Positions 9,924 to 19,962 of a stretch of DNA of 38,783 bases are shown in pieces. The notes beneath the pieces are model-generated. The model did not search any database. It saw nothing but the letters and a program-made list of their open reading frames with translations, and was not told where the DNA came from. The position numbers and the translations under genes were made by a program. Source of the DNA: a candidate division WOR-3 bacterium (GTDB lineage Bacteria; Hydrothermota; Hydrothermia; JBDRYB01); contig JBDRYB010000019.1 of the NCBI GenBank assembly GCA_039803205.1, forward strand, positions 1 through 38,783, read 5' to 3'. Every line of letters starts with the position of its first letter. The stretch's first letter is position 1.

Positions 9924-11272
9924 CTCATCAAGAGCCTCCTCACTCTCCCGTCCGGGAACACCTGAAAATACACCCCAGGAGCCTTTGGCTGACAACCGAT
10001 GAACCTGCCAGCGCAATCGTAGATCCCAGACCAATTGACCCTGGCCGCCGGGAGCTCTGCCACCCCTATTCCTTCGCACCACAAGGAATACTCCAGTGTC
10101 GGGGAGAAAGAGAGATCCTCAATTGACGCAATAGATGGGCTAAGCGCGAAAATGGACGGCGTGGCATCCCTAGAGGACAAGGGGATCTCGTAGGATAGGA
10201 ATTCGGCCTCCCGCGCGACGCAATTGTATCCTCCGTGGTCCACAGAGGCAAAAAGAAAATCCTTTCTACCAGAACCAAAGGATGATGTGTATCCCAAAGA
10301 GGTAATAAAGGCTTCATCCACGATCAATGCCCCTATTCCGTCAGAGGAGTTTCCCCCTATGTATCTTCCCCAGACCAAGGAGCCATCCGTGAGGAGCTTT
10401 ATCAAAAACCCTGGCCCGCCCACGGTGTGCTTTCCTCCGATGTATATTGCCCGGTCGTCTGCGGATATTGCCAGAGGGAACTCGTATCCGGTTGCCCTAA
10501 CGAGCCTCGCCCAAAGGAGGTTTCCCGCGAGGTCCAGGGCAAAGACCAGGATTCCCCCTCCGTTGCTACCATCCCTCCCCGCGATGATTATGGTATCCCT
10601 AACCACAACAAGTCTTTGGCCTGTATCGTATCCGGAGCCCCCGAAAACTTTGCACCAGATCAGATTTCCGAACGAATCAACCCGCATGACCATTGCATCG
10701 CCCAACTGCCCGTAGCTCTCAGTATAACCAACCAGAATCGCAGTATCGTTCACCACCGCTATGTCCTTAGCGTAATCAAAAGACCCGCCGCCAATAGCCT
10801 TTGCCCAGACAACGGCACCGGCTCTCATCCTGAGGAGAAAAACATCGGTTTCTCCAGAACCCCATGAGCTCGTGTATCCAGCCACATAACCTCCATCAGT
10901 TGCTTCAAAGCATTCGGCCATGTCCCCTCCTATAGCCAATATCCAGGCTGGATTACCAAAGGAATCGGACCTCACAACGAGGCCATCGGAGTTGCCCAGA
11001 GCGGATGTGAAGCCGACAGCCACAACAGAATCTCCCTCCCTGCATGCGCCAAAAAACTCATCTGTCCCCGTTATGCCAGTGGCGAGGGCATCCAGCAGAT
11101 TGCCTTGTCTGTCCCAGATGAGCATGTGGCCGTCGGCGCTCGTTGAGTAAGAGCGGCCTAGGCCCAGGATGCGGCCCCCAAAAGCGACCCCTGCCCTTAT
11201 CTCGTCGTCCAAGCTAGTTCCCCAGACAAAGGCATCACCAAAGCCCACGAAGAGGCACACCCACATACTCAT
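9920..11272 (-). CDS. secreted beta-propeller repeat protein with minimal C-terminal sorting-like domain
   Basis: Repeated (V/G)GYT.S.G...D..L...D..GN..W.K..GG...D units; C-terminal IYDCAGR...PGVYF. Confidence 0.75.
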   Translation of the reverse strand: MSMWVCLFVGFGDAFVWGTSLDDEIRAGVAFGGRILGLGRSYSTSADGHMLIWDRQGNLLDALATGITGTDEFFGACREGDSVVAVGFTSALGNSDGLVVRSDSFGNPAWILAIGGDMAECFEATDGGYVAGYTSSWGSGETDVFLLRMRAGAVVWAKAIGGGSFDYAKDIAVVNDTAILVGYTESYGQLGDAMVMRVDSFGNLIWCKVFGGSGYDTGQRLVVVRDTIIIAGRDGSNGGGILVFALDLAGNLLWARLVRATGYEFPLAISADDRAIYIGGKHTVGGPGFLIKLLTDGSLVWGRYIGGNSSDGIGALIVDEAFITSLGYTSSFGSGRKDFLFASVDHGGYNCVAREAEFLSYEIPLSSRDATPSIFALSPSIASIEDLSFSPTLEYSLWCEGIGVAELPAARVNWSGIYDCAGRFIGCQPKAPGVYFQVFPDGRVRRLLMR

Positions 11273-14052
11273 CTCAGGATTACCACCTTCTGCCTCATGG
11301 CAGGGGCACCGCGGGTTCTGAGGAGGATCACATAGACTCCCGATGGATACCCCTCCACAGCCAGATTCCCCTCTGAGGGCCCCCTTCCAGAAGCCAGGGT
11401 CTTAACCCTCCTTCCGGCAATATCATATAGCTCAACCGAGAAATCTCCAGCCTGAACCGAGTAATAAACCCGCGGCCTTGGACCAACGCTTGAAAGGACA
11501 CGGAGACATGGTTGAGGGTTTGGCGAATGAGCTCCCTCTCTGATCCTGAGAAACGATGTATCAGGAACCGAAAGCCTTCCCCATCCCCATACCGTATCAG
11601 GCACGAAACCGGTTATGGTATCCTGGTTTGCCCAATCCCTGAAAAGGGAGATGACCTCATCGGGGCCGAGACCTGGTTGGGCCTCTAGAAGGAGAGCAAC
11701 AGCGCCAGTGCCTTGTGGAGCGGACATACTCGTTCCTGCCATGAAAGCGTGATACCCATCAAGGCTCAGCTGATAAGCTGGCCACGAACAATCCCTTGAA
11801 GCGGTTGAGATAACCAAGGATGCCCCGACAGCATCCGGCTTTATCCTGTTGTCCCTCGTGGGGCCCTTGCTTGACCATGGCCTGATACCAGGCACCTGGG
11901 CATATATCATATTGTCATAGTGAACCCCCTCAGAGCTCTCCCATCCTGTTCTCGCTCCATAGGCTCCAACAGCGAGAATCCTCGGGCTACACGCTGGCTC
12001 AACCATTGTGCCGCCCAGGGTCATTCCCCTAATGAAAGCGCCGCCGTAGCCGTATCTCCAGGCGTCAAACTGTCCATCGCCGCCGGCTGTCTCCCTCTCA
12101 AGAACGAGTCCCCATGTATAGACCGGAGGGCCTGTTGGCCCTTCAACCGCCCATTCCCCGAAGAGACAGCCGTTTCCAGGATAAGGAACCCCGCTGTAGA
12201 AAACCCTGAGATAGCCTCCTCCATCTGAGGCACCCGCGCCAACCCACGCGCCGGTGGAGGTTCCTGGCCTCGCGATGAGGAAATTGACTATACCGGGGGA
12301 GAAACCCCCATCCCCTGAGCTGAAGCCCTCGGAGAAGATCGGGGTTCCGTCATCGGAGACCAAGATGCTGTCAATCTTCCAACCATCAGAGACCCCGGAC
12401 CCATCCGAGAACACCCTGAACCTTATCCGGATATTTCCTCCCGCGTATCCGGAGAGGTCAAATGTGTCCTCGGTCGTTCCGCCTGAGCCTCCTGTAAAAG
12501 CGGGCTCGTAGCCGGTTGAACCACCGTATCCATCTGAAGGGAAAATCTTTTCCCAGACCTCACCATCCCTGCTCGCCTCAACGATCGCGCCATCGCCCTG
12601 ACCCATAGCATAGGAGTGAACCACTATGAGAACAGGGGATATGGCTCCAGATAGGTCAATCCCCGGGCTTGCTATGAAGCATGTGAGGTTCGGCCTGTAT
12701 GGTCCTCCTACAACGGTTTCCCAGGAGCCTGAGCCGGGATCGTATTCCCAATCCTGGAGGGAGGAGGGGGCGGGTGGAGTGAACCTCATCCTGTATTCAT
12801 CGCCTCCAGTGTGGAAGAACAAGGCCTCGTAAAGGGAGCCGGGGGCCTGGAATGATATGGAGTCCGTTCCTGAAACCACTACCCTCGCGTGGAGAGGGTC
12901 GTTTCCCGAGTTGCCCGCCGCGCCAACCACTATCCTTCCTGGGCCCGTGAGGTTCGCTATAGCGGCCTCAAAAGGCCCTGTTCCATCATGGGGGCCATAG
13001 TGAGAGCCCAAAGAAAGGTTCACCACGCAGGGAAGGCCGAGGGACTCCGCTCTCCTGAATATGTAATCAACCCCATCAACCACATCCGCATCAAGCCAGG
13101 TTGTCTTGACGGATATTATGTAGGCATCGGGCGCAAGGCCAGCGTATCTGCCGGCGGGCTCAAGCCCGTTCGTAGCCGAACCATCCCCGGCGGCTATTCC
13201 CATGACATGCGTTCCGTGGCCCATTTCGTCAATCGTTCTCGGTGTGCCTGATACCACATCCAAGGAGTCGTATTCAACCCCGTAGCCGAAATCAGGAGGC
13301 GATTCTTCTCCCCCTTCTGGGATTAGGGTTTGATCCCACATCCGCATTATCCTGGTATCTGTTGCTGATGGCCAGAAGTCCGGATGATCCCAGTCCAGCC
13401 CAGAATCAACCATGCCAACCACAACGCCCTTGCCAGTGAAACCATTGGAGCGCTGGGCCCACGCGCCTGTCCCCAGATGAACATAGGAGGCATCGGGAAG
13501 CACGAGAGGGGCTCCGGAGAGGAGATATACCCTCGCGGCCCCTGAGCCGGATTGTGGGGTTATAACTATGTGATAATCTCCAGGCCCCGGGAGTCTAGTC
13601 TCAAGCCTCGCCGCCCTTCCCCACCCTCCATCCTGGTCAGAGGCAAGCAAAACCCAATCCCCATCAAACAGTTCAACCTGTGGGTCGAGGTCTCCGGCCG
13701 GGTCGTATGTGGCTATTATCTGTAAGGTATCTTGCCCTCCAGCAGTGAGATCAATGGTGTCCGGCGGAACCAAATAGTAGCTGACTGACCACGGCCCAGC
13801 AAGGTCGTTCAAAGGGGAAACAGGCCTCGCTTCCTGGATGTAGGATACGAGGGGATCGTCCCTCAAGGCCGAAAGAAGACCCGATTTTACCCAAGCAGTA
13901 TAGTATGGCCTCTTGCCTCCGGTTACCCTGATGCCCTTGGAAAAAAGGGCCGTGGCTGGAAGATCTGAGACTACGAAACAGCGGATTGAATCCGAACCAA
14001 CCAGGTTGGAAAGCCCAGGAGAGAGCACTGCTGATAATACGAGGCTGATCAT
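11269..14052 (-). CDS. subtilisin-like S8 serine peptidase with inserted domains and T9SS-like C-terminal domain
   Basis: Catalytic triad motifs VDSG, GHGTHVMGIAAG and AGTSMSAP; oxyanion AAGN; KPD; C-terminal LYDIAGRRVKTL...SGVYVI. Confidence 0.92.
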   Translation of the reverse strand: MISLVLSAVLSPGLSNLVGSDSIRCFVVSDLPATALFSKGIRVTGGKRPYYTAWVKSGLLSALRDDPLVSYIQEARPVSPLNDLAGPWSVSYYLVPPDTIDLTAGGQDTLQIIATYDPAGDLDPQVELFDGDWVLLASDQDGGWGRAARLETRLPGPGDYHIVITPQSGSGAARVYLLSGAPLVLPDASYVHLGTGAWAQRSNGFTGKGVVVGMVDSGLDWDHPDFWPSATDTRIMRMWDQTLIPEGGEESPPDFGYGVEYDSLDVVSGTPRTIDEMGHGTHVMGIAAGDGSATNGLEPAGRYAGLAPDAYIISVKTTWLDADVVDGVDYIFRRAESLGLPCVVNLSLGSHYGPHDGTGPFEAAIANLTGPGRIVVGAAGNSGNDPLHARVVVSGTDSISFQAPGSLYEALFFHTGGDEYRMRFTPPAPSSLQDWEYDPGSGSWETVVGGPYRPNLTCFIASPGIDLSGAISPVLIVVHSYAMGQGDGAIVEASRDGEVWEKIFPSDGYGGSTGYEPAFTGGSGGTTEDTFDLSGYAGGNIRIRFRVFSDGSGVSDGWKIDSILVSDDGTPIFSEGFSSGDGGFSPGIVNFLIARPGTSTGAWVGAGASDGGGYLRVFYSGVPYPGNGCLFGEWAVEGPTGPPVYTWGLVLERETAGGDGQFDAWRYGYGGAFIRGMTLGGTMVEPACSPRILAVGAYGARTGWESSEGVHYDNMIYAQVPGIRPWSSKGPTRDNRIKPDAVGASLVISTASRDCSWPAYQLSLDGYHAFMAGTSMSAPQGTGAVALLLEAQPGLGPDEVISLFRDWANQDTITGFVPDTVWGWGRLSVPDTSFLRIREGAHSPNPQPCLRVLSSVGPRPRVYYSVQAGDFSVELYDIAGRRVKTLASGRGPSEGNLAVEGYPSGVYVILLRTRGAPAMRQKVVILR

Positions 14053-14198
14053 GGAGATATTATATCAGATAATGATGTCCCCATGCCAATAAACCCATCC
14101 GGAGTGGTCGTTGAGGAAATCAGGGATGTTATCGGGTCTGGATGCTATTTGGCTTACAGGGCATCCGAATGAGGGTCTTTGTGAGCGAACGCGAGCCC

Positions 14199-14228
14199 TT
14201 GAAACCCATCGTTCCCTGCCCTGATAAT
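14199..14228 (+). promoter_or_regulatory. putative ftcD promoter (TTGAAA-18-GATAAT)
   Basis: Hexamers upstream of the SD GAAGGAG at 14238-14244. Confidence 0.45.
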
Positions 14229-14250
14229 ATGGCCCTAGAAGGAGATGCCC

Positions 14251-15759
14251 ATGAAGTTCATAGCCGCAGTTCCAAACTTTTCTGAAGGCAGAAGGCTTGA
14301 TATTGTTGATGAGATAGCCAACGCGATGGCCAAGACTCCAGGGGTGAAGCTCCTGGCCAAGGAGTCCGACCCCTCTCATAACCGCAGTGTAATAACCATA
14401 GGCGGAGATCCGGATTCCGTCCTTGAGGCGTGTATAGTTGGCGTGAAAAAGGCGGTTGAGCTGATTGACCTCACGAAGCACAAGGGCGAGCACCCCAGGA
14501 TAGGCGCGTGCGATGTCCTTCCCTTCGTGCCATTTGGCACGAGCACAATGGATGACGCCAAGGCCCTGGCTGAGCAAGCTGGAAAGATAATTGCCGAGGA
14601 GCTGGGCATTCCGGTTTATTTCTACGAGGAATCCGCGAGGAGGCCAGAGAGGGTTGATCTGGCATACATACGCAACAGGCAGTTTGAGACCGTGAGGGAC
14701 AAAGTGGCTGAGGATCCGGACCTTGAGCCTGACCTTGGGCCGAAGCAATTGCATCCTACGGCCGGCGCGGTGATGGTGGGCGCCCGCAAGCCCCTCATTG
14801 CCTTCAATGTTAACCTTGGAACCACTAATGTTGAGATAGCAAAGGAGATAGCCAAACATCTCAGGAGCAAGACAGGGGGCCTTGCTTTCGTGAAGGCACT
14901 TGGCTTTGAGCTCAAGGATAGGAAGCTGGTCCAGGTCTCCATGAACATGACCGACTACACCCAGACCCCCCTCTTTGTGGCATACGAGAATGTGAGGATG
15001 TGGGCAGAGCGATTCTCAGTTCCAATAGTGGGTTCGGAGATAGTGGGCCTAACTCCGGCCAAAGCCCTATACGATGCGGCCGAGTTTTACATGAAGCTGG
15101 AGAACTTCTCGGAGGACCTTATACTTGAGAAGAAGCTCTCTGAGGGCGAAACCCTTGAGGGCTATATATCGTCTTTGGCGGCCGCTACTCCGGCTCCGGG
15201 CGGAGGCGCGGCAGCTGGGTTCTCAGCGGCCCAAGGTTTTGCCCTCATAGCCATGGTCTCAGGCATAACAGCGAAGAGCAAGAAATACGCTGAGCACCAC
15301 GAGCTCATGCGCAAGGTTCGATCAGAGGCCAGAGACAAGATGGCTGAAGCCCTTTATCTCATGAGGGAGGACGAGGAGGCTTTCGCGAACCTCATGGCCT
15401 GCTACAAGATACCAAAGGAGGAGCCCGGCCGAGCGGAAAAGATCCAGGAGGCAGTCAAGCGCGCCACGGAGGTCCCGCTCAGATCAATGAGGCTCGTTTT
15501 CTCCGGCCTTGAGCTCGCTGATGCCATAAACAAATACGGAACCCAGCAGGCTGTCTCTGATGCCGCGGCCGCGACTCTGCAATTGAGGGCCGCTTTCTTT
15601 GGCGCTAAACTGAATGTGCTCATAAACGCCCCCTCCATAAAAGACGAGGATTTCAAGGCAAAGGTCCTCGCAGAGGTTGAAGAGATGGAGAGGGCTTTCG
15701 TGGCCAAGGCTGATGAGATATACGCTGAGGTCGAGGCAAAGCTGAAGGGCAAGGGCTGA
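14251..15759 (+). CDS. ftcD: glutamate formimidoyltransferase / formimidoyltetrahydrofolate cyclodeaminase fusion
   Basis: VPNFSEGR, DPSHNRSVIT, HKGEHPRIGACDVLPFVP, LIAFNVNL, QVSMN, then cyclodeaminase TPAPGGG...LNVLIN. SD spacing favours ATG 14251. Confidence 0.93.
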   Translation: MKFIAAVPNFSEGRRLDIVDEIANAMAKTPGVKLLAKESDPSHNRSVITIGGDPDSVLEACIVGVKKAVELIDLTKHKGEHPRIGACDVLPFVPFGTSTMDDAKALAEQAGKIIAEELGIPVYFYEESARRPERVDLAYIRNRQFETVRDKVAEDPDLEPDLGPKQLHPTAGAVMVGARKPLIAFNVNLGTTNVEIAKEIAKHLRSKTGGLAFVKALGFELKDRKLVQVSMNMTDYTQTPLFVAYENVRMWAERFSVPIVGSEIVGLTPAKALYDAAEFYMKLENFSEDLILEKKLSEGETLEGYISSLAAATPAPGGGAAAGFSAAQGFALIAMVSGITAKSKKYAEHHELMRKVRSEARDKMAEALYLMREDEEAFANLMACYKIPKEEPGRAEKIQEAVKRATEVPLRSMRLVFSGLELADAINKYGTQQAVSDAAAATLQLRAAFFGAKLNVLINAPSIKDEDFKAKVLAEVEEMERAFVAKADEIYAEVEAKLKGKG

Positions 15760-17219
15760 TAAAAGGGGTTTTAGGCGCTATTGGCGTTTTCCTCCTTATC
15801 CTGTTTGGGGGTTATGGTTTTTCACCTAGGAGGAGGGGATTGGACTTTTGGGCGTGGGCCTGGGTAGTGGGGTCAGTGCTTTTCTTGATCTCTTTTCACA
15901 TCACGAGGTTTTTTCTCAACCTTGCCTTCGCTACATCAGCTGTCATCACCCTTTGCATCCTCGCCGTTTTTTCGATTGTCGGGCTTTTTAAATTAAGGTG
16001 GGAGATCGGTCCTCTTCCCAAAGGTTTCTTTTGGGCTTTTGCGGCATCTCTGGTTGCCCTGGTCGTGTTCCCCGGAGCGTGTTGGGACCAGGGCCACCAC
16101 ATTCCAGCAGTCCAGGACCTCATGGCCAACATTCATCCCCTTCACATAGCGAAAGGGCTGAGGCCTGGGGTCACCGGAGGTTTCTATCACTACGGCTCAG
16201 AGGCGCTTACCGCGGTAGCGATCCTGATTTCAGGGGGTGGAAGCGCGAAACTGGTTTTCAAGATGGTTGAACTCCTTGCTGGCGCCGCGGGCTTCTGGTT
16301 CCTTTATGCGCTTATTAAGGCACATTTCTCGGATGAGGCGGCTGTTCCGGGAACCATGATATTCTTCTGAGCGGGGAATTTCTTTGTGCTCATGAACCTC
16401 AAGGGCCTCTTTGCCGGTTCCGGATGGCACGATGTCCCGAAGATGGTGTTCTATGGTGAATTTGCAAAAGGGGCAACTCCGTTTCCGGGGTATTTCTTTC
16501 ACCTTTTCCACCCGCCCATGGCCCTGGGTTTTCCGATCCTTCTAGTTGCCCTCTGGCTCATCCTCAGAGGTGGAAAGGCAAGGGCCCTGTTGTCGGGCCT
16601 GCTGCTGGGCCCCGTAGCCCTCGCGAACATGGCTCTCGCTGTTACCCTCCTGGGAGTTCTGCTTCTATATCCGATTATGAAGCGCCTCATCGCGAAGGAG
16701 CTGAACCCGATCGACCACCACCTCTCTCTGGTGGCCGCTTTGCTTTCTTGTCTTATCATAGGATTGCCATTCCTGCTGTTTCGGAACGCTGGGCCAGCTC
16801 TCCAGTTCGGGCCGTATTGGATGCTTACCCTAGATCTTCAACACAACGCTCCTTACCTTCTATTCGCGCCCTTAATATTCTTGGGGATACCTCTGTTCCT
16901 CGCTGTGCCGGGATTTCTTTTGGCTTTCAGGACAGAAAAGGTTGAGCGGAAAGGGCTTGCCATGTTTGCATCCCTGAGCATCATAGGCCTTTTGACCCCT
17001 CACTTCTTTGGGACACATGATTTCGTGAAGATGTTTATGGTCGGTTCCCTCGGTTATTCACCACTCGCAGGGCTCGTTCTCGCGCGGCTCTGGAACAAGG
17101 GTTGGACTTGGAGAATGCTGGCCGGAATTTCCGTTTTTGGAATGGCGCTCTCGCCATTGGCTTTCTACATATTCAGGTGGATGAGCTTGACGCATTCAAC
17201 GCCGTTCGAGTTTGACTAG
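15759..17219 (+). pseudogene. polytopic membrane protein (GT-C-like) interrupted by one in-frame TGA at 16368-16370
   Basis: ORFs 15840-16370 and 16386-17219 share a frame (…GTMIFF*AGNFFVLMNLK…). The frame is also open upstream to the ftcD stop, adding a TM helix IKGVLGAIGVFLLILFGG. Confidence 0.65.
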
Positions 17220-17247
17220 CCCGGGAAAAAGCTTCTCCCCTGAGATC

Positions 17248-19851
17248 CTATTTCAGTCCCTTCAATATCTTCCTTATTTCCTTTGCCTCTTCCTTCTTTC
17301 CCTGGGATTCATAGGCTGAGGCCGCGGCCTCGAGGTATGCCTTGGCGTCCTGGGGCTTGTCCTTCTTTATGTAGCTGAAACCGATGAACTTCAAAGCATC
17401 AGGCCCGAACTTTCCTCCTGGGTATTGTTTCGTATAGCTGGTCAGGGTTGATATGGTGCCGTCATAGAGCTCCAGCTGATACAGGCACGCGCCCAGGAGA
17501 AAAAGGGCTGTCTCCTTGTTTTCATATGCGGGGAACTGGCCGAGAAGGTGCTCAAATGCATCCTTCGCCCCCTTCGCATCTCCCTTCATGTAGAAGAAGT
17601 ATCCAGCTGAATAGAGGGCATCAGGAGCCTTCGTGGATGTGGGATTTTTCTTGGCAAACTCGTATAGGGCGCGCGCCGCGGCCAGGGTGTCTCCTGTTTG
17701 AATCAGCCTCGCGGCGAGAACGAAATCGTATGTGGCCTTCAGATCTGGAACCCTCCATGAGGTGTAATTCCTCGCCTTTAGCGAATCCGCGTATGTCGTG
17801 ATTATCGCCTCTGCGCGCTCCTTTGACCTCGCGGCCATTTCCGAGCCAGGATAATTCAGGATAACATCCTGAAATATGTCAAGGGCCTTGATATAGCTCC
17901 CCCCGGGAAGATATATGTTCCCTTCAATGTAGAGCGCGGTCGCCATGTCCTCGCCCTGCGGGAACTTCTCTTTGTATAGCGTTATAGCGTCCAGTGCCTT
18001 TCTGTATCTCTGGGCCTCGTAGAAGCTTTGGGCGGCGGCAATGAGAACCTTCGGTGCCTTCGGATGGTTCGGGTTTTTAAGGGCGAACTCAACCCATAGG
18101 TCAGCCGCTCCCTCCTTGTTTCCCTCGTTGAGCGCCTTTGTCGCCTTGGTCAAGAGAGCCTCCGCGGCAACATCCCCTGACTTCGGCTGGTATGTTAGCT
18201 CTGCCCCAGCCTCGTATATTATTGCCTGCATGCGCTTTTTTGCATCCGCGGCAGTTGAGTGATTCGGATACCTCTCAACAAGCATGTCATAGTAAGCCAT
18301 AGCACCGTTGTAGTCCTTCTGGGCTAGAAGGGCAGAGCCAGCAACATAAAGGGCGACCGGCTCATCCTCATCTCCGGGGTATGTTTCCAAGTATCGCTTC
18401 GCGAGCTCAAATGCCTTCAGGTAATCCCCCAGCTCGTAGTAAAACCTACAGGAGAGGAGCGTAGCGTTCTTCGCCTTTGGGTCCTTTGGATAGGCATCTA
18501 TGAACTGGGAGTAGAGGTGAGCGGCTCGTATGGTATCCCCTTCTTCAAGCGCCTTTGTCGCCGAGGCATAAAGGGTTAATGTCGCTATCTCCGGGTTGGA
18601 GACCGTGTAGCCCTCTATTGCCTCAGGGTGAGCTGCGGCTATTGCCTTCATGCGGGTCTCCGCGTCCTCGCGGTATGTTCCTTTGGGATTCTCGCTGACA
18701 TACTGGTCAAGGTATCTGAAGGCATCCCTCCAGTGCTCAAGCGAGAGGTGAACTATGCCGAGGAGGTATTTGAGGTCCTCGGTTCCCGGTCGGCCCGGAT
18801 ACTGGGTCAGCAATCTCTCAAGGTATGGCAGTGCGTCAGCGTAGCGCTCCTTTTTTATCAAGCACTCGGCCGCGAGCCCGAGAGCGTCCGGTATCCTTGG
18901 GTCTCCCGGATAATCCCTTATGAACTCCTGCAGAAAAGTCAGGGCCTCTGTGTATCTTCCATCCCTATATGCGCTCAGGGCTGGGAAGTAGGCGAGAGAG
19001 GCGGCCATCGTGGGATGCGCTCGCATGAAGGCGCTGTCTGCTGTTATGGCTGGCCCGTATTTCACGAATATCTGTTCCATCTTTGCCTGAGCGAGTCCAA
19101 CATACTCGGATTTCGGATACCGGGAGACAACCTCATCGTATTTCTCAAGCGCGCCCTTGAAATCATCCCCATCAAGAAGGAGATCCCCCTCAATTATCAA
19201 GGCCTTTGGCGCGTCCGGCGAGCTCGGGAAGCTCTGTCTGAACCAGGCGAGCTTTTCCCTTGCCTTGTCTGGCTGGCCAGCCTGGATGTAAATTCCCGCG
19301 ACATCAAGCGCTGTTTTCCCTGCCCTCTGGGACCTGGGATACTTCGTCAAAAGCCTCTCCCATATCGCTACTGCATCCCCATACGCCTCCATAGCGAAAG
19401 CCGAAAGCCCTTGGTAATACATCACATCTGGGACAACATCGTCAAACTCCGGATACCCAGTGACAACAGCGGCAAAGCTCCTGTAAGCTCCCTGATAGTC
19501 CCCTGAGTTAAACTGCGCGACCCCTATCCCATAGTAAGCAACCACAAGGAACTTTGGGGAGCCCGTTGCTAGCGTTACCGGCCCGAGTTGATCCCTTGCG
19601 TCCTGATACTTGCCGAGGTGGATATAGCACCAGCCGAGGCCAGCTTTCACTTGTCTCCGCCTGTCCGCGAGTGAGGAAAACTCGTATTCGTCAACGAGCG
19701 CCTTGAATTCCTCAGCCGCGGCCGCATAGTTTCCAGCATAATAAAGGCTCTCCGCCCTCCACGCGAACCGTGATGACATGAAGTCTGTCTTGAAGGGTTT
19801 TACAGCATCGGTTATCTTCAGGTCCGCGGCAACGAGGGCCAACAGGAGCAT
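17248..19851 (-). CDS. large periplasmic tetratricopeptide-repeat protein (BamD/CpoB-like repeats)
   Basis: Many TPR units ending in YP.S/YPGDP turns with A.Y..G..Y patterns. Start MLLLALVAAD lies 6 nt after TGtTATAAT. Confidence 0.85.
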   Translation of the reverse strand: MLLLALVAADLKITDAVKPFKTDFMSSRFAWRAESLYYAGNYAAAAEEFKALVDEYEFSSLADRRRQVKAGLGWCYIHLGKYQDARDQLGPVTLATGSPKFLVVAYYGIGVAQFNSGDYQGAYRSFAAVVTGYPEFDDVVPDVMYYQGLSAFAMEAYGDAVAIWERLLTKYPRSQRAGKTALDVAGIYIQAGQPDKAREKLAWFRQSFPSSPDAPKALIIEGDLLLDGDDFKGALEKYDEVVSRYPKSEYVGLAQAKMEQIFVKYGPAITADSAFMRAHPTMAASLAYFPALSAYRDGRYTEALTFLQEFIRDYPGDPRIPDALGLAAECLIKKERYADALPYLERLLTQYPGRPGTEDLKYLLGIVHLSLEHWRDAFRYLDQYVSENPKGTYREDAETRMKAIAAAHPEAIEGYTVSNPEIATLTLYASATKALEEGDTIRAAHLYSQFIDAYPKDPKAKNATLLSCRFYYELGDYLKAFELAKRYLETYPGDEDEPVALYVAGSALLAQKDYNGAMAYYDMLVERYPNHSTAADAKKRMQAIIYEAGAELTYQPKSGDVAAEALLTKATKALNEGNKEGAADLWVEFALKNPNHPKAPKVLIAAAQSFYEAQRYRKALDAITLYKEKFPQGEDMATALYIEGNIYLPGGSYIKALDIFQDVILNYPGSEMAARSKERAEAIITTYADSLKARNYTSWRVPDLKATYDFVLAARLIQTGDTLAAARALYEFAKKNPTSTKAPDALYSAGYFFYMKGDAKGAKDAFEHLLGQFPAYENKETALFLLGACLYQLELYDGTISTLTSYTKQYPGGKFGPDALKFIGFSYIKKDKPQDAKAYLEAAASAYESQGKKEEAKEIRKILKGLK

Positions 19852-19962
19852 GGATATATTATAACATTTGCCGGTTCCCAGATTCCAGCTGTCGCATAGC
19901 TCGTGATCCTTCACCCCCCTGGCCCCTAGCCCTGATTGACCCAGTGGTTTATCATTTTGGGC

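Noticed and set aside
9924..10082. N-terminal extension of the 9336 ORF
   Set aside because: Overlaps the propeller gene's C-terminal domain; the ATGA overlap at 9920-9923 gives a better start.
14065..14244. THF or ZTP riboswitch upstream of ftcD
   Set aside because: No consensus recognised, and the predicted promoter lies downstream of the hairpins.
14065..14859. 264-aa antisense ORF
   Set aside because: Shadow of ftcD on the opposite strand; no recognisable motif.
16368..16370. Selenocysteine or genetic code 4/25 recoding
   Set aside because: TGA ends conserved genes normally; the codon lies in a TM segment with no redox motif or clear SECIS.
18628..19506. 292-aa plus-strand ORF
   Set aside because: Lies antisense within the TPR gene; no protein-like features.
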